A stretch of 64,000 nt of DNA, taken from Stegostoma tigrinum (taxonomy: Eukaryota). Numbering within the stretch: position 1 is the stretch's first letter; the number at the start of each line of letters is the position of its first letter. Below, one piece after another: positions 11,883 to 25,445 of the stretch. The notes under the pieces were generated by a model. It was not told where the DNA came from, did not search any database, and was given only the letters and a program-made list of their open reading frames with translations. The position numbers and the translations under genes were made by a program. The stretch covers positions 4,744,163 through 4,808,162 of the forward strand of contig NC_081394.1 of NCBI RefSeq assembly GCF_030684315.1, read 5' to 3'.

Positions 11883-12281
11883 TCCACCTGTAAGACCAGG
11901 CAACAGGCTATTAGTGATCAGGGTCACAGGCAGACCGCACACCTGCTCACATGTCTCACACACACACTAACTCACAGAGAGAGCCACAAACCGACCGCTG
12001 CAATGACATTCAGGAAAAATGTTTGAGTTGGAAGAGGAACAGGTCAGTCATGAATTGAATTACAACAATTTCCACCTTAGAGCCTGAGAGTGGTGTGTTG
12101 GAGTCAACCCAGACAGGCAGGAGGTGCAGCATGAACAAACTCCCAGCAGAGGGCTGTGTGGGCACACTGTTTGGGATCAGAGCTCACAATGCAGAGATCC
12201 CACCTGAGCATTCCACACATTACAAAGAGCGGGCACTGGGCACGCTACAGTCTCAGTCACAACTCCTTCAACAATTGGTCA

Positions 12282-14430
12282 GGGGTCAGTGCTGAGGGAG
12301 CGGGCACTGTCGGAGGGTCAGTGCTGAGGGAGCGGGCACTGTTGGAGGGTCAGTGCTGAGGGAGTGGGCACTGACAGAGGGTCAGTGCTGAGGGAGCGGG
12401 CACTGTCGGAGGGTCAGTGCTGAGGGAGCGGGTACTGTCGGAGGGTCAGTGCTGAGGGAGTGCCGCACTGTTGGAGGGTCAGTGCTGAGGGAGCGGGCAC
12501 TGTCGGAGGGTCAGTGCTGAGGGAGCGGGTACTGTCGGAGGGTCAGTGCTGAGGGAGTGCCGCACTGTCGGGGGGTCAGTGCTGAGGGAGCGGGCACTGT
12601 CGGAGGGTCAGTGCTGAGGAAGCGGGCGCTGTCGGAGGGTCAGTGCTGAGGGAGCGGGCACTGTCGGAGGGTCAGTGCTGAGGGAGCGGGCACTGTCGGA
12701 GGGTCAGTGTTGAGGGAGTGGGCACTGTCCGAGGGTCAGTGCTGAGGGAGTGGGCACTGTCGGAGGGTCAGTGCTGAGGGAGCGGGAACTGTCGGAGGGT
12801 CAGTGTTGAGGGAGTGGGCACTGTCCGAGGGTCAGTGCTGAGGGAGTGGGCACTGTTGGAGGGTCAGTGCTGAGGGAGTGGGCACTGTCGGAGGGTCAGT
12901 GTTGAGGGAGTGCTGCACTGTCGGAGGGTCAGTGCTGAGGGAGCGGACACTGTCGGAGGGTCAGTGCTGAGGGAGCGGGCACTGTCGGAGGGTCAGTGCT
13001 GAGGGAGCGGGCACTGTCGGAGGGTCAGTGCTGAGGGAGTGGGCACCGTCGGAGGGTCAGTGCTGAGGGAGCGGGCACTGTCGGAGGGTCAGTGCTGAGG
13101 GAGTGCCGCACTGTCGGAGGGTCAGTGCTGAGGGAGCAGGCACTGTCGGAGGGTCAGTGCTGAGGGAGCGGGCACTGTCGGAGGGTCAGTGCTGAGGGAG
13201 TGGGCACCGTCGGAGGGTCAGTGCTGAGGGAGCGGGCACTGTCGGAGGGTCAGTGCTGAGGGAGTGCCGCACTGTCGGAGGGTCAGTGCTGAGGGAGCAG
13301 GCACTGTCGGAGGGTCAGTGCTGAGGGAGCGGGCATTGTCGGAGGGTCAGTGCTGAGGGAGCGGGCACTGTCGCAGGGTCAGTGCTGAGGGAGCGGGCAC
13401 TGTTGGAGGGTCAGTGCTGAGGGAGTGGGCACTGTCGGAGGGTCAGTGTTGAGGGAGTGCTGCACTGTTGGAGGGTCAGTGCTGAGGGAGCGGGCACTGT
13501 CGGAGGGTCAGTGCTGAGGGAGCGGGCGCTGTAGGAGGGTCAGTGCTGAGGGAGCAGGCACTGTCGGAGGGTCAGTGCTGAGGGAGTGCGCACCGTCGGA
13601 GGGTCAGTGCTGAGGGAGCGGGCACTGTCGGAGGGTCAGTGCTGAGGGAGCGGGCACTGTCGGAGGGTCAGTGCTGAGGGAGTGGGCACTGTTGAGGGTC
13701 AGGGCTGAGGGAGTGGGCACTGTTGGAGGGTCAGTGCTGAGGGAGTGCGCACCGTCGGAGGGTCAGTGCTGAGGGAGCGGGCACTGTCGGAGGGTCAGTG
13801 CTGAGGGAGCGGGCACTGTCGGAGGGTCAGTGCTGAGGGAGTGGGCACTGTTGAGGGTCAGGGCTGAGGGAGTGGGCACTGTTGGAGGGTCAGTGCTGAG
13901 GGAGTGCGCACCGTCGGAGGGTCAGTGCTGAGGGAGCGGGCACTGTCGGAGGGTCAGTGCTGAGGGAGTGGGCACTGTCGGAGGGTCAGTGCTGAGGGAG
14001 TGCGCACCGTCGGAGGGTCAGTGCTGAGGGAGCGGGCACTGTCGGAGGGTCAGTGCTGAGGGAGCGGGCACTGTCGGAGGGTCAGTGCTGAGGGAGCGGG
14101 CACTGTCGGAGGGATCAGTGCTGAGGGAGCGGGCACTGTCGGAGGGTCAGTGCTGAGGGAGTGCGCACCGTCGGAGGGTCAGTGCTGAGGGAGCGGGCAC
14201 TGTCGGAGGGTCAGCGCTGAGGGAGCGGGCACTGTCGGAGGGTCAGTGCTGAGGGAGTGCCGCACTGTCGGAGGGTCAGTGCTGAGGGAGCGGGCACTGT
14301 TAGAGGGTCAGTGCTGAGGGAGCGGGCACTGTCGGAGGGTCAGTGCTGAGGGAGCGGGCACTGTCGGAGGGTCAGCGCTGAGGGAGCGGGCACTGTCGGA
14401 GGGTCAGTGCTGAGGGAGTGGACACTGTCG
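12282..14430 (+). repeat. 32-bp minisatellite array, about 2.1 kb, in gene A intron 1
   Basis: Direct tandem repeats. Confidence 0.95.
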
Positions 14431-14477
14431 GTTTAATGTAACAGATCCCCACAGCCTGGACCCGGTGTGTACGTGAG

Positions 14478-14675
14478 GCAGTAGGAGCTGCAGATGCTGG
14501 AGAATCTGCGATAACAAGGTGTGGAGCTGGATGAACACGGGAGGCCCAGCAGCATCAGAGGAGCAGGAAAGCTGACGTTTTCTGAAGAAGAGTCTCGACC
14601 CGAAACCTCTGCTTTCCTGCTCCTCTGATGCTGCCTGGCCGGCTGCGTTCCTCCAGCTGTACACTGTGTTCTCTC
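14478..14675. mobile_element. Inverted Penelope mini-element in gene A intron 1
   Basis: Same family, diverged. Confidence 0.7.
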
Positions 14676-14763
14676 TGATGTGGTTTGGCGGGGCTGGTGT
14701 GGTGTTTTGGGACACTGGGAACGGTTGGGTCTCTGCGTAACACCAAGAAGAACAAGCACTCAC

Positions 14764-14840
14764 CTCCGTACTCCTAGATGAGAGGATTCTGACTGCGCTC
14801 AGCGGCCGGTTTCTTCTAACAGTGCCACAAGGCTCCCTCA
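14764..14840 (-). other. Probable non-coding first exon (5' UTR) of gene A
   Basis: Consensus donor GAG|GTGAGT at 14764/14763, about 100 nt downstream of a minus-strand TATAAAA; no ATG in the interval. Start is estimated. Confidence 0.6.
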
Positions 14841-14859
14841 CTCCTCTCTGAAGGGTTGC

Positions 14860-15050
14860 TTTGTTTTATAATCGCTCCGGAAGTTCAGAACCGCTGCGTT
14901 CTCGGTGACAGACCAATCACCTTTTGGATGTGTCAGCCCTCCCCACACTACCACCACACCACCCTCCCCTCCTCCTCTCCCCAGGGAGAATGTGGTGAAC
15001 GCACTGACCGTGGTGCAGTGGTGTCTGGACTGCAATGGGATCTTCCTGAT
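14860..15050 (-). promoter_or_regulatory. Candidate promoter of gene A (TATA, CCAAT, NF-kB motif)
   Basis: TATAAAA on minus strand at 14870-14864, GACCAATCA at 14911-14919, GGGATCTTCC (fits GGGRNNYYCC) at 15037-15046; locally CpG-rich. Confidence 0.55.
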
Positions 15051-15239
15051 CCTGTCACTTACACACTCTGGGGAGCTGTGAGGTCGGAGCTCAGTGTGAA
15101 CGCGAAAGCCCCAGCGCCAGCTTCCAGGCGCAGCGAGGGCGAAGCCCCGGCTCGAACATTAAACTCGCAAAGGGATCACACATCTCCCGGTCACTTTGTG
15201 TCCGAACACGTTAACCTCACGCATGAGAGACCAGGTGTA

Positions 15240-18200
15240 ACAGAGAGAGAGTCAGAGAGAGGGACAGAGAGAGAGAGAGAGATACAGTAACCGAGAGAGC
15301 GAGAGACAGTCAGAGAGAGGGACAGAGAGAGAGAGAGAGAGAGACAGTAACCGAGAGAGCGAGAGACAGTCAGAGAGAGAGAGAGAGAGAGAGAGGCAGA
15401 GTCAGAGAGACAGAGGGAGAGGGACAGAGTCAGAGAGAGATAATCACAGAGAGAGAGAGAGAGAGAGAGAGGCAGAGTCAGAGAGACAGAGGGAGAGGGA
15501 CAGAGTCAGAGAGAGATAATCACAGAGAGAGATAATCACAGAGAGAGAGAGAGAGGCAGAGTCAGAGAGACAGAGGGAGAGGGACAGAGTCAGAGAGAGA
15601 TAATCACAGAGAGAGAGAGAGGCAGAGTCAGAGAGACAGAGGGAGAGGGACAGAGTCAGAGAGAGATAATCACAGAGAGAGAGAGAGAGGCAGAGTCAGA
15701 GAGACAGAGGGAGAGGGACAGAGTCAGAGAGAGATAATCACAGAGAGAGAGAGAGAGGCAGAGTCAGAGAGACAGAGGGAGAGGGACAGAGTCAGAGAGA
15801 GATAATCACAGAGAGAGATAATCACAGAGAGAGAGAGAGAGGCAGAGTCAGAGAGACAGAGGGAGAGGGACAGAGTCAGAGAGAGATAATCACAGAGAGA
15901 GAGAGAGGCAGAGTCAGAGAGACAGAGGGAGAGGGACAGAGTCAGAGAGAGATAATCACAGAGAGAGAGAGAGAGGCAGAGTCAGAGAGACAGAGGGAGA
16001 GGGACAGAGTCAGAGAGAGATAATCACAGAGAGAGAGAGAGAGGCAGAGTCAGAGAGACAGAGGGAGAGGGACAGAGTCAGAGAGAGATAATCACAGAGA
16101 GAGAGAGAGAGGCAGAGTCAGAGAGACAGAGGGAGAGGGACAGAGTCAGAGAGAGATAATCACTGAGAGAGAGAGAGAGAGAGAGGCAGAGTCAGAGAGA
16201 CAGAGGGAGAGGGACAGAGTCAGAGAGAGATAATCACTGAGAGATGGTGGGGGGGAATAGAGTCAGAGAGAGCGGAATAGAGCAAGGAAGAGAGAAAGAT
16301 AGCGATCGAGAGAGAGGGACAGAGTCAGAAAGAGTGGTAGAGAGAGTGTGATAGAGAGAGAGAGAGAGAGAGCCAGAGAGAGTGATAGAGAGAGAGACAG
16401 AATCAGAGAGAGAGGGATTGAGTCAGAGAAAGAGACACAGAGAGACAGAGAGGGACACAGTCAGAAAGAGAGAGGCATACAGTCAGAGAGGGGGACAGAG
16501 TCAGAGAGAGAGACAGGCACACTGTCAGAGAGAGAGAGGCACACAGTCAGAGAGAGACAGGCACACACAGAGAGACAAAGAGAGAAAGACAGGGACAGAG
16601 TCAGAGAGAGAGAGAGAGGGGGAGAGGGACAGAGTCAGTGAAAGATAATCACTGAGAGAGGGAGAGGGACAGAGTCAGAGAGAGATAATCAGGGACAGAA
16701 GGAGAGGGACAGAGTCAGAGAGACAGAGGGAGAGGGACAGAGTCAGAGAGAGATAATCACAGAGAGACAGGTGGGGGGGAACAGAGTCAGAGAGAGTGGG
16801 ACAGAGCAAGGGAGAGAGAAAGATAGCGATCGAGAGAGAGAGAGTGATAGATAGAGAGCGAGATAGAGAGAGAGAGAGAGCCAGAGAAAGTGATAGAGAG
16901 AGAGAGACAGAATCAGAGAGAGAGGAACAGAGTCAGAGAAAGTGAGAGAGAGAGAGACAGCGTCAGAGAGAAAGAGGCAGACACAGAGAGACAGAGAGAG
17001 AAAGACAGGGACAGAGTCAAGAGAGAGAGAGAGGGACACAGTCAGAGAGAGAGAGAGGGATACAGTCAGAGAGAGAGAAAGACAGAGGGGGACAGAGAAA
17101 GGGAGAGAGAGAGAGACAATGACTGAGAGAAAGGACAGAGTCAGAGAGAGAGAGAGTGAGAGGGACAGAGTCAGAGAGAGAGAGAGTGAGAGGGACAGAG
17201 CAAGGAAGCGAGAGAGATAATGACTGAGAGAGAGACAGATTCAGAGAGAGAGAGGGACAGAGTCAGAGAGAGACTATTTGAGAGAGAGAGAGAGAAAGAG
17301 AGAGAGAGATACAGTCAGAGAGAGAGTTTGTGAGAGAGAAGCAGAGAGAGAGAGATGAAAAAGGAAAGAGACACAGAGATAGAAGCAGAGAGAGAGTTGG
17401 AGACAGAGAAGGAGGCAGAAAGAGGGCCAGATGGAGACAGAGAGAGTCACCCACAGAGATAAAGAGGGTGGCAGAGTGTGTGTGAGAGAGAGAGAGACAC
17501 ACACACATCAACAGATGCCTAGGTAGAGTCGGAGCGAAGAAGCAGAGGGAATGCAATGCACTCACAGAAACAGAGATAAACAAACAGAAAGGAAGAGAGA
17601 CATAGAGATAGTGATAAAGACCAAGAGACAGGAACAGCGTCAGAGAGACACAGACAGTGAGATAGAGAGAGAGAGGGAGAGAGAGACATGGATAGAGATG
17701 GAGAGGCATAGAGAGAGAAAATCAGAGAGCGATAGTCAGACAGAGAGAAGGAGGGACAGGGAGAGATACAGAAACAGAGTGGTACAGTCAGAGAGAGAGA
17801 GATACAGTAAAGGAGAAACAGAGAAAGAGAGAGAGAGAAACATAGAGCTAGAGAAATAGAATAAAAGACAGAGAACCACAGTGAGAGGCAACAGGAGACA
17901 GAGGCAGAGAGATAAAATCAGAGAGGGAGACTGAGAGAGAGAGAGATGGAGGGAGGGAGGGAGGGGCAGAGCGATGCACACTTAGAGATAGAGAGATAGA
18001 TTCAGAGAGTGAAGAAGAGAGAGACACATAGAAATAAGAGAGATACACAGAGATTAAGAGATGTAAAATCAGAGGGATAAGGAGACAGAGGGAGAGCGAT
18101 GGGTACAGAGACAGAGAGATAGAATCAGAGAGAGATAGACGGAGAGAGAGGAGTTTCAGTCAGAGAGAGAAAGAGAGTGAGAGAGGGAGAGATAGAGTCA

Positions 18201-18260
18201 GAGGGAGAAACGATACAGTCAAAGGGAGAGATAGAGGGAGAAGGGGGGACAGAGCTGATA
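15240..18260. repeat. 3-kb GA-rich polypurine low-complexity tract with a higher-order ~65-70-bp unit
   Basis: Repeated GGCAGAGTCAGAGAGACAGAGGGAGAGGGACAGAGTCAGAGAGAGATAATCACA separated by (GA)n. Confidence 0.92.
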
Positions 18261-19589
18261 GAAATGCTGCTAAATCATTAGCTACATACAGCCTCCGTAA
18301 TCTTGTCCCCACCCCAGCCTGAGTGAAATCTGCCTGTCTCTTGGGATCATTAACAGAAAGTACTTCATGTAGACATTTGAAAGGGCTTGCTATCTTAAGA
18401 ACATTAAGACTGAATCATTGCTCTGGGGCTCACTGAGGCGTTCCCCTGAAACCTCACTGTCAAACACGGAGTGATCCTGGCTCAGAGTCACAGGGGAAAT
18501 CCCAGATCGGGCTGAGTTCACAATCTCTCTGACTGGATTTCCCTCTGTTCCACCCTGTGGCATCAGGCCATTCGCTCCCTCTGCATCAATACGCGCCTCC
18601 TCCAAACCCCCCTCATTCATCTCCACAACCATCACCTCATAGAGATGATGTCTGGGGATTGTGGGGAGGGGCACAGTGCAGAGGTCAATCACCGAATCCC
18701 TACAGTGTGGAAGCAGGCCACTCAGCCCATCGAGTCCACCCTAGCCCTGTAACCCAGCATTAACCCCAAGGCTAACCCACCTCGCTTGCACATCACCTGG
18801 CACGAGGTCTACTTTCCCAAGGCCAGTTCAAATAAACCCACACATCTTTGGCAGGGAAAGGAAAGTGGGGCGCACAGATAGGCGATCCCAGGCAGAGAGG
18901 ACCAACACAGTTAACCGAGGCCAGACTCGAACCCAGGGTCCCGCAGAGCACTGTGCAGCCCAGAAAATCCTCATTCTTGGAGCAACGAGTGTTTATTTTC
19001 ATTTTCACAAACACAAAGAAATCAGGATTTGAAAAGCGCTTGGTGTTCCTTGGGCCAGCTGCTCATTAAATGAGACTTCCCCTTTCAAAGGGGTTCCAGA
19101 CGATTGTCCCCATCACAGCCCCTCACCGAGACCATAGGGGATGACCATGACTCAGAGAATCCAGGAAAGTCCCAGGCTCCATTTCGGACCTGCATTTGAA
19201 AGGAAAAATGGCAGAAATAGAGGCAGACAGGAGGATCCAAATGGGCTCAGAAAGGGAGACGTCAGCTAGACCTTCTTTTGCTATTCTGCAGACTTGCTTC
19301 CAGGCTTACAAAGACTGTGCATTTCTATAGCGCCCACCCCACAAGCAGAACATCTCAAACCTCTGTGCAGCCAATGAGCTGCTTCCTTTTACAATAGGTG
19401 CGAGGCACAAGAAAGATCTCATAATTGACTCTGCCACAGTGATGCAGAGGATCATGTCACACACTGGCATTGTTTCAGGGATACATTTCAGGCCCAGGAC
19501 ATGGGAAAGAATTCCTGACTTTTCGTCTTCCCAGCAAAAGCCCCATGATTTGTTTCATCCAGCTAAGAGGGCAAATATCGACACCGTTA

Positions 19590-19975
19590 TGCTCCCTCAG
19601 CACTGACCCTCCGACAGTGTGGCGCTCCCTCAGCACTGACCCTCCGACAGTGCCCACTCCCTCAGCACTGACCCTCCGACAATGCGGTGCTCCCTCAGCA
19701 CTGACCCTCTGACAGTGCGGCGCTCCCTCAGCACCGACCCTCTGACAGTGCCCACTCCCTCAGCACTGACCCTCCGACAGTGCCCACTCCCTCAGCACTG
19801 GCCCTCCGACAGTGCCCACTCCCTCAGCACTGGCCCTCCGACAGTGCCCGCTCCCTCAGCACTGACCCTCCGACAGTGCAGCGCTCCCTCAGCACTGACC
19901 GTCCGACAGTGCCCGCTCCCTCAGCACTGACCCTCCGACAGTGCCCGCTCCCTCAGCACTGACCCTCCGACAGTG
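19590..19975 (-). repeat. 32-bp minisatellite array
   Basis: Reverse-orientation copies. Confidence 0.95.
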
Positions 19976-20119
19976 AAAGTGTACCTTGAGCCAATATATA
20001 TTTCGTCAGCGTGTCTTCATATTCATTAGGGTGACCCTCACTGTTTCCTGAGGATAAACATACTTCGTAATCAATTCATGAGAAATTGAACTGGACCCAC
20101 CACATAAACTGACTTCACA

Positions 20120-20750
20120 ATCAGGTCAGAGGCTGGGAATCCTGCAGCGAGTAATTCCCCTCCCGGCTCCCCCCAAAGCCTGTCCCACCATCCCCAAGGC
20201 ATAAGTCAGGAGGGGGATGGAATACTCCCCACTTGCCCCTGGATGGGGGCAGCTCCAACAACACTCAAGAAGCTCGACACCATCCAGGACAGAGCAGCCC
20301 CCGCTCGATTGGCCCCACATCCACAAACATCCCACTCCCTCCCCCCACCGACGCTCAGTCGCAGCAGTGTGTACCATCTACAAGACGCGTTGCAGAAATT
20401 CACCAAAGATCCTCAGGCAGCATCTTCCAAACCCACGACCCACTTCCATCCAGAACGACAAGGGGCAGCAGATACATGGGAACACCAGCCCCCTGCAAGT
20501 TCCCCTCCACTCCCCATCCTGACTTGGGAATATATCGCCGTTCCTTCAGTGTCGCTGGGTCAGAATCCTGGAATTCCCTCCCTAAGGGGACATTGTGGGT
20601 CAACCCACAGCACATGGGGACCGCAGCGGCTCAAGAAGCCAGCTCACCCCCACCTCCTCAGGGCGAGGCAACTAGGAATCGGGGGCAAGAAATACTGGGT
20701 TGAACCAGCCATTCCCAATGCCCATGAAAGCGCCAAAAGAGTTCGTGTGG
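20120..20750 (+). mobile_element. L2/CR1-clade LINE 3' fragment
   Basis: MEYSPLA...TLKKLDTIQDRAA...HRRSVAAVCTIYK...SWNSLP; similar copies at 41500-42090 (+) and 51270-51880 (-). Confidence 0.75.
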
Positions 20751-20974
20751 GTTAATGGTTGAAACCACAGTAACTCGGAGCTCCAAATGTGAGAGACAAA
20801 CAGTTACTATTGAGTGAACAAGGCATACAATGAGAACCTATTCCCCAACCAAAGCCTCACGCACACATTACAGATCCATCGTCACGCTCTCGCGTTCAGC
20901 GTACAGCCATATTGGCAATGAGGTCGGCAAAATGTTGCTCGTTTCAAGGGTTTGTGAGTGATCTCGGAGATATG

Positions 20975-21685
20975 GCAGGGGAATTGAGTATAAGATCTGT
21001 GGAGTTATGCTGCAGCTCTATAAAACTCTGGTTAGATCACACTTGGAATATTGTGTTCAGTTCTGGTCACCTCATTGTCGGAAAGATATGGAAGCTTTAG
21101 AGAGGGTGCAGAGGAGATTTACCAGGATGCTGCTTGGCCTGGAGGGCAGGTCTTATGAGGAAAGTTTGAGGAGCTTGGGCTTTTCTCATTGGGGTGAAGA
21201 AGGATGAGAGGTGACTTGACAAAGGTTTACAAGGTGATGAGAGGCATAGATCGAGTGCATAGCTGGAGACTTTTTCCCGGGGTGGAAATGACTGTTATGA
21301 GGGGGCATAATTTTAAGGTGATTGGAGGAAGGTATAGGGGAGACGTCAGAGGTAGGATCTTTACACAGAGGGTGGTGGGTGTGTGGAATGTGCTGCCGGC
21401 TGTGGTAATGGAATCAGATACTTTAGAGACCTTTAAGCGACTCTTGGATAGGCACATGGAGGATAGTAAAATGTAGGGTATGCAGTGTAGATTGATCTTA
21501 GTAGGATGATAGGTCAGCACAATATCGTGGGCTGAAGGGCCTGTACTGTGCTGTACTGTTCTATGTTCTATGTTCTATGTTCTATGTTCTATGTTCTACG
21601 TTCTATGTTCTATGTTCTATGTTCTAAATTCTACGTTCTACGTTCTATGTTCTATGTTCTATGTACTGTGTTCTATGTTCTATTC
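20975..21685 (+). mobile_element. CR1-type LINE 3' end with expanded (TTCTATG)n tail
   Basis: LYKTLVRSHLEYCVQFWSPH, RGDLTKVYK, FTQRVVGVWNVLP; 7-mer tail at about 21558-21685. Confidence 0.88.
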
Positions 21686-21969
21686 TGGCACTGGCAGCTG
21701 GGATTTTACATTACTCACATACTCCCTGTCAAATTCCAGAGAAAGAAAGTTCTTAGGGCAGCCTGGCCTCGTGCCTAGCCTCTGGGGATAGGCCCATCCC
21801 CTTCCCACCACAGTGATAAGATGTTCAAACCCTCCCACCTTCCCATGACTGAATCTTGAGCACTCACGATCCACCGATCACTCACTGATTCCACTGGCTT
21901 CCAGGCAGGAAATAAGCTCAGGGGTCAAATTATCCTCCTACTGTTCGACTCCTGCTATTGGCTATCTCA

Positions 21970-22795
21970 CTATCTCTGTAACCCCCTCCAGCCCCTACAC
22001 TCCCTCCCTATCTCTATAACCTCCTCCAGCCCCTACACCCCCTCCCTATCTCTGTAACCCCCTCCAGCCCCTACACCCCCTCCATATCTCTGTAAACCCC
22101 TCCAGCCCCTACACCCCCTCCCTATCTCTGTAACCCCCTACGGCCCCTACACCCCCTCCCCATCTCTGTAACCCCCTCCAGCCCCTACACTCCCTCACAA
22201 TCTCTGTAACCTCCTCCAGCTCCTACACCCCCTCCCTATCTCTGTGACCTCCTCCAGCCCCTACACCCCCTCCCTATCTCAGTAACTCCCTCCAGCCTCT
22301 ACACCCTTTCCCTATCTCTGTAACCCCTCTCCAGCCCCTACACCCCCTCCCTATCTCTGTAACCCCCTACGGCCCCTACACCCCCTCCCTACCTCTGTAA
22401 CTCCCTCCAAACCCTACACCCCCTCCCCATCTCTGTGACCCCCTCCAGCTCCTACACCCCCTCCCCATCTCTGTAACCCCCTCCAGCCCCTACACTCCCT
22501 CACAATCTCTGTAACCTCCTCCAGCTCCTACACCCCCTCCCTATCTCTGTGACCTCCTCCAGCCCCTACACCCCCTCCCTATCTCAGTAACTCCCTCCAG
22601 CCTCTACACCCTTTCCCTATCTCTGTAACCCCTCTCCAGCCCCTACACCCCCTCCCTATCTCTGTAACCCCCTTCAGCCCCTACACCCCCTCCCTATCCC
22701 TGTAACCCTTCTCCAGCCCCTACACCCCCTCCCTATCTCTGTAACCCCCTCCAGCCCCTAATCCCCCTTCCTATCCCTGTAACACCCTCCAGCCC
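21970..22795 (-). repeat. 38-bp minisatellite, C-rich orientation
   Basis: Tandem repeats. Confidence 0.93.
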
Positions 22796-23099
22796 ATCCT
22801 AAACATTTGTCTCTCCCTCTCTCTCTCACACACGCATGTCTTCTTCCAGGAGTTCATTTGAAATGAAGATCAGCTTTGGGCAATCCATCCGAATATTGCT
22901 TCTGACTTTTCCTGACTTGGCTCGCCTGGAACAGCCTGGGATTTTACACTCAGCGAGGACTGGGAATGACTGAGGTTTCTATGTTGGCTTTTCTCATCTT
23001 CCTGGAGGATGCCATTTTGGATCACATGCGTCATTTCATTTTCCAGGCACCACCAGGTTCATGGCTGGGATCTAAATCTCCAATTTGATTGACTGGATA

Positions 23100-24625
23100 A
23101 CTATTAGAACAAGGAACAGGCCACTCGGCCCACTAAGACTGTGCTAACACATCATTGTCTTTCTGAACTGAAAACCTTTTTAGCGTCCACAGCGCCTGTA
23201 CCTCTCTATTCCTTGCCTGTTCATATGTCATCTCTTAAACTTTGTGCGGAGCTGGATGAACACAGCAGGCCAAGCAGCATCAGAGGAGCAGGAAAGCTGA
23301 CGTTTCCAGTCTGGAGCCTTCTTCATTCTTCGGAAGCCAGGCCCGAAACGTCAGCTTTCCTGCTCCTCTGATGACGCTTGGCCTGCCACGTTCATCCAGC
23401 TCTGCACCTTGTTATCTCAGATTCTCCAACATCGGCAGTTCCTACCATCTCTTAAACCTTCCACCTCTACCATGTCCTCTGGTCGCATGTTCCGGGCACC
23501 CACGAGCCTCTGTGTAAAAATCTGCCTCTCACATCTCCTTTGAACCTACCTTAGACCCTGGTAACTGACATCTCTGTCCTGAATCAAAGACTCTGACTAT
23601 CCATCCCTCTTGATCAGATTGTACGCCCCACTCCAACCCCATCCTTCAAAGTTTAAGTGGAAACATAAAGGGTTTGTTCAACCACTTCAAACAGCTAATA
23701 TCGCGCCCCCAACACCCTCCACCACCCTCCCCCCCTCCCCCGGTACCAGACAACATCCTGGTAAATCGTTCCTGCCTCCTTACCAAAGCCTCCACCTACT
23801 TCTGATAATCTGGCAATATTCCAAATGTGGTCTCACTCAAATTCAACACAGCCTGCCTACAACATGGCTCGGCAATTTTCATACCCAAACACCCTGTCCG
23901 GTGAAGACAAGGCTGCCAAATCCCCTTGAGCCCCTTATCAACTTGAGATTGGACTTTGTACTGTGGACCTGCTCGCTCTGTCGATGCTGCCCACCGTATT
24001 ACTGTCCATTTCTCTCCTGCATTGCATCTTCCAAAATGCATCGTCTGGCCTTTGCCCAGACTAAACTCCGTCTGCTATTCCTCCACCTGACGTCTCCAGC
24101 CCGTCGAAATCCTGCCGTCCCCTCTGCCCAATCACCCTCACAGCTTCCCCAACCTTTGTGCCATCCACAGACGCATTAATTGTGTCACCTACATTCTGCT
24201 CCAAACCATCGATATAAATATTACAAACAACCAGAGGCCCCAGCACTGATCCCTGCCGAGCACCACTGGTCGCACATCTCCAGCCAGAAAAATGCTCTCC
24301 CGCTGCCTCAATCTGTCTTCCAACACCAGACCTGTTCTGCATCCAACTTCGCAGCTCATTCCAGATTACATGGGATTCCATCACATCCTCTGGCAGCTCA
24401 TTCCATACATGCACCACCGTCTGCCTGAACAGGCTACTCCTTAAGTCCCTATCCACGCCCCTCACTATTTTATAAACGACTATAAGGTAATCCTTCAGCC
24501 TCCAATGCTCCAGGGAAAATAGCATCAGCCTATTTAGCCTTTCCCTGTAGCTCAAACCCTTCAACATCCTTAAATCTTAGCTGAACCCTTTCAAATTTAA
24601 CAACATCCTTCCAATAGCAGGGAGA
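23100..24625 (-). mobile_element. Old CR1-type LINE fragments
   Basis: SGARQGSVLGPL, MHFGR, LSYRERLNRL motifs, degenerate. Confidence 0.7.
23240..23452. mobile_element. Inverted Penelope mini-element nested in a CR1 fragment
   Basis: Same family; CATCTCTTAAAC occurs on both flanks. Confidence 0.7.
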
Positions 24626-24634
24626 CCAGAATTG

Positions 24635-25445
24635 AAGATAATAAAATGTGAGGCTGGATGAACACAGCAGGCCCAGCAGCATCTCAGGAACACAGAAGCT
24701 GACGTTTCGGGCCTAGACCCTTCATTAGAGAGGGGGATGGGGTGAGGATTCTGGAATAAATAGGGAGAGAGGGGGAGGCGGACCGAAGATGGAGAAGAGA
24801 AGATAGGTGGAGAGGAGAGTATAGGTGGGAAGGTAGGGAGGGGATAGGTCAGTCCAGGGAAGATGGACAGGTCAAGGAGGTGGGATGAGGTTAGTAGGTA
24901 GGAGATGGAGGTGCGGCTTGGGGTGGGAGGAAGGGATGGGTGAGAGGAAGAACAGGTTAGGGAGGCAGAAACAGGTTGGACTGGCTTTGGGATGCAGTGG
25001 GTGGAGGGGATGAGCTGGGCTGGTTTTGGGATGCAGTGGGGGGAGGGGACCAACTGGGCTGGTTTTGGGATGCGGTGGGGGAAGGGGAGATTTTGAAGCT
25101 GGTGAAGTTCACATTGATGCCATTGGGCTGCAGGGTTCCCAAGCGGAATATGAGTTGCTGTTCCTGCAACCTTCGGATGGCATCATTGTGGCACTGCAGG
25201 AGGCCCATGATGGACATGTCATCTAAAGAATGGGAGGGGGAGTGGAAATGGTTTGCGACTGGAGGTTCAGTTGTTTATTGCGAACCGAGCGGAGGTGTAC
25301 TGCAAAGCGGTCCCCAAGCCTCCGCTTGGTTTCCCCAATGTAGAGGATGCCACACCGGGTACAGTGGATGCAGTATACCACATTGGCAGATGTGCAGGTG
25401 AACCTCTGCTTAATATGGAATGTCATCTTGGGGCCTGGGATGGGG
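24635..25445 (-). mobile_element. Penelope-like element 3' fragment (GIY-YIG endonuclease plus terminal repeat)
   Basis: NVVYCIHCTRCGILYIGETKRRLGDRF and EQQLIFRLGTLQPNGIN; ends in the hammerhead-bearing repeat (core mutated to CTAATGA). Confidence 0.85.

Noticed and set aside
12282-14430. CRISPR-like regular ~32-bp repeats
   Set aside because: Units are directly adjacent with no unique spacers, there are no cas genes, and the context is vertebrate: a minisatellite.
16348-18048. Arg/Glu-rich and Leu/Ser-rich ORFs
   Set aside because: Translations of (GA)n-type repeats.
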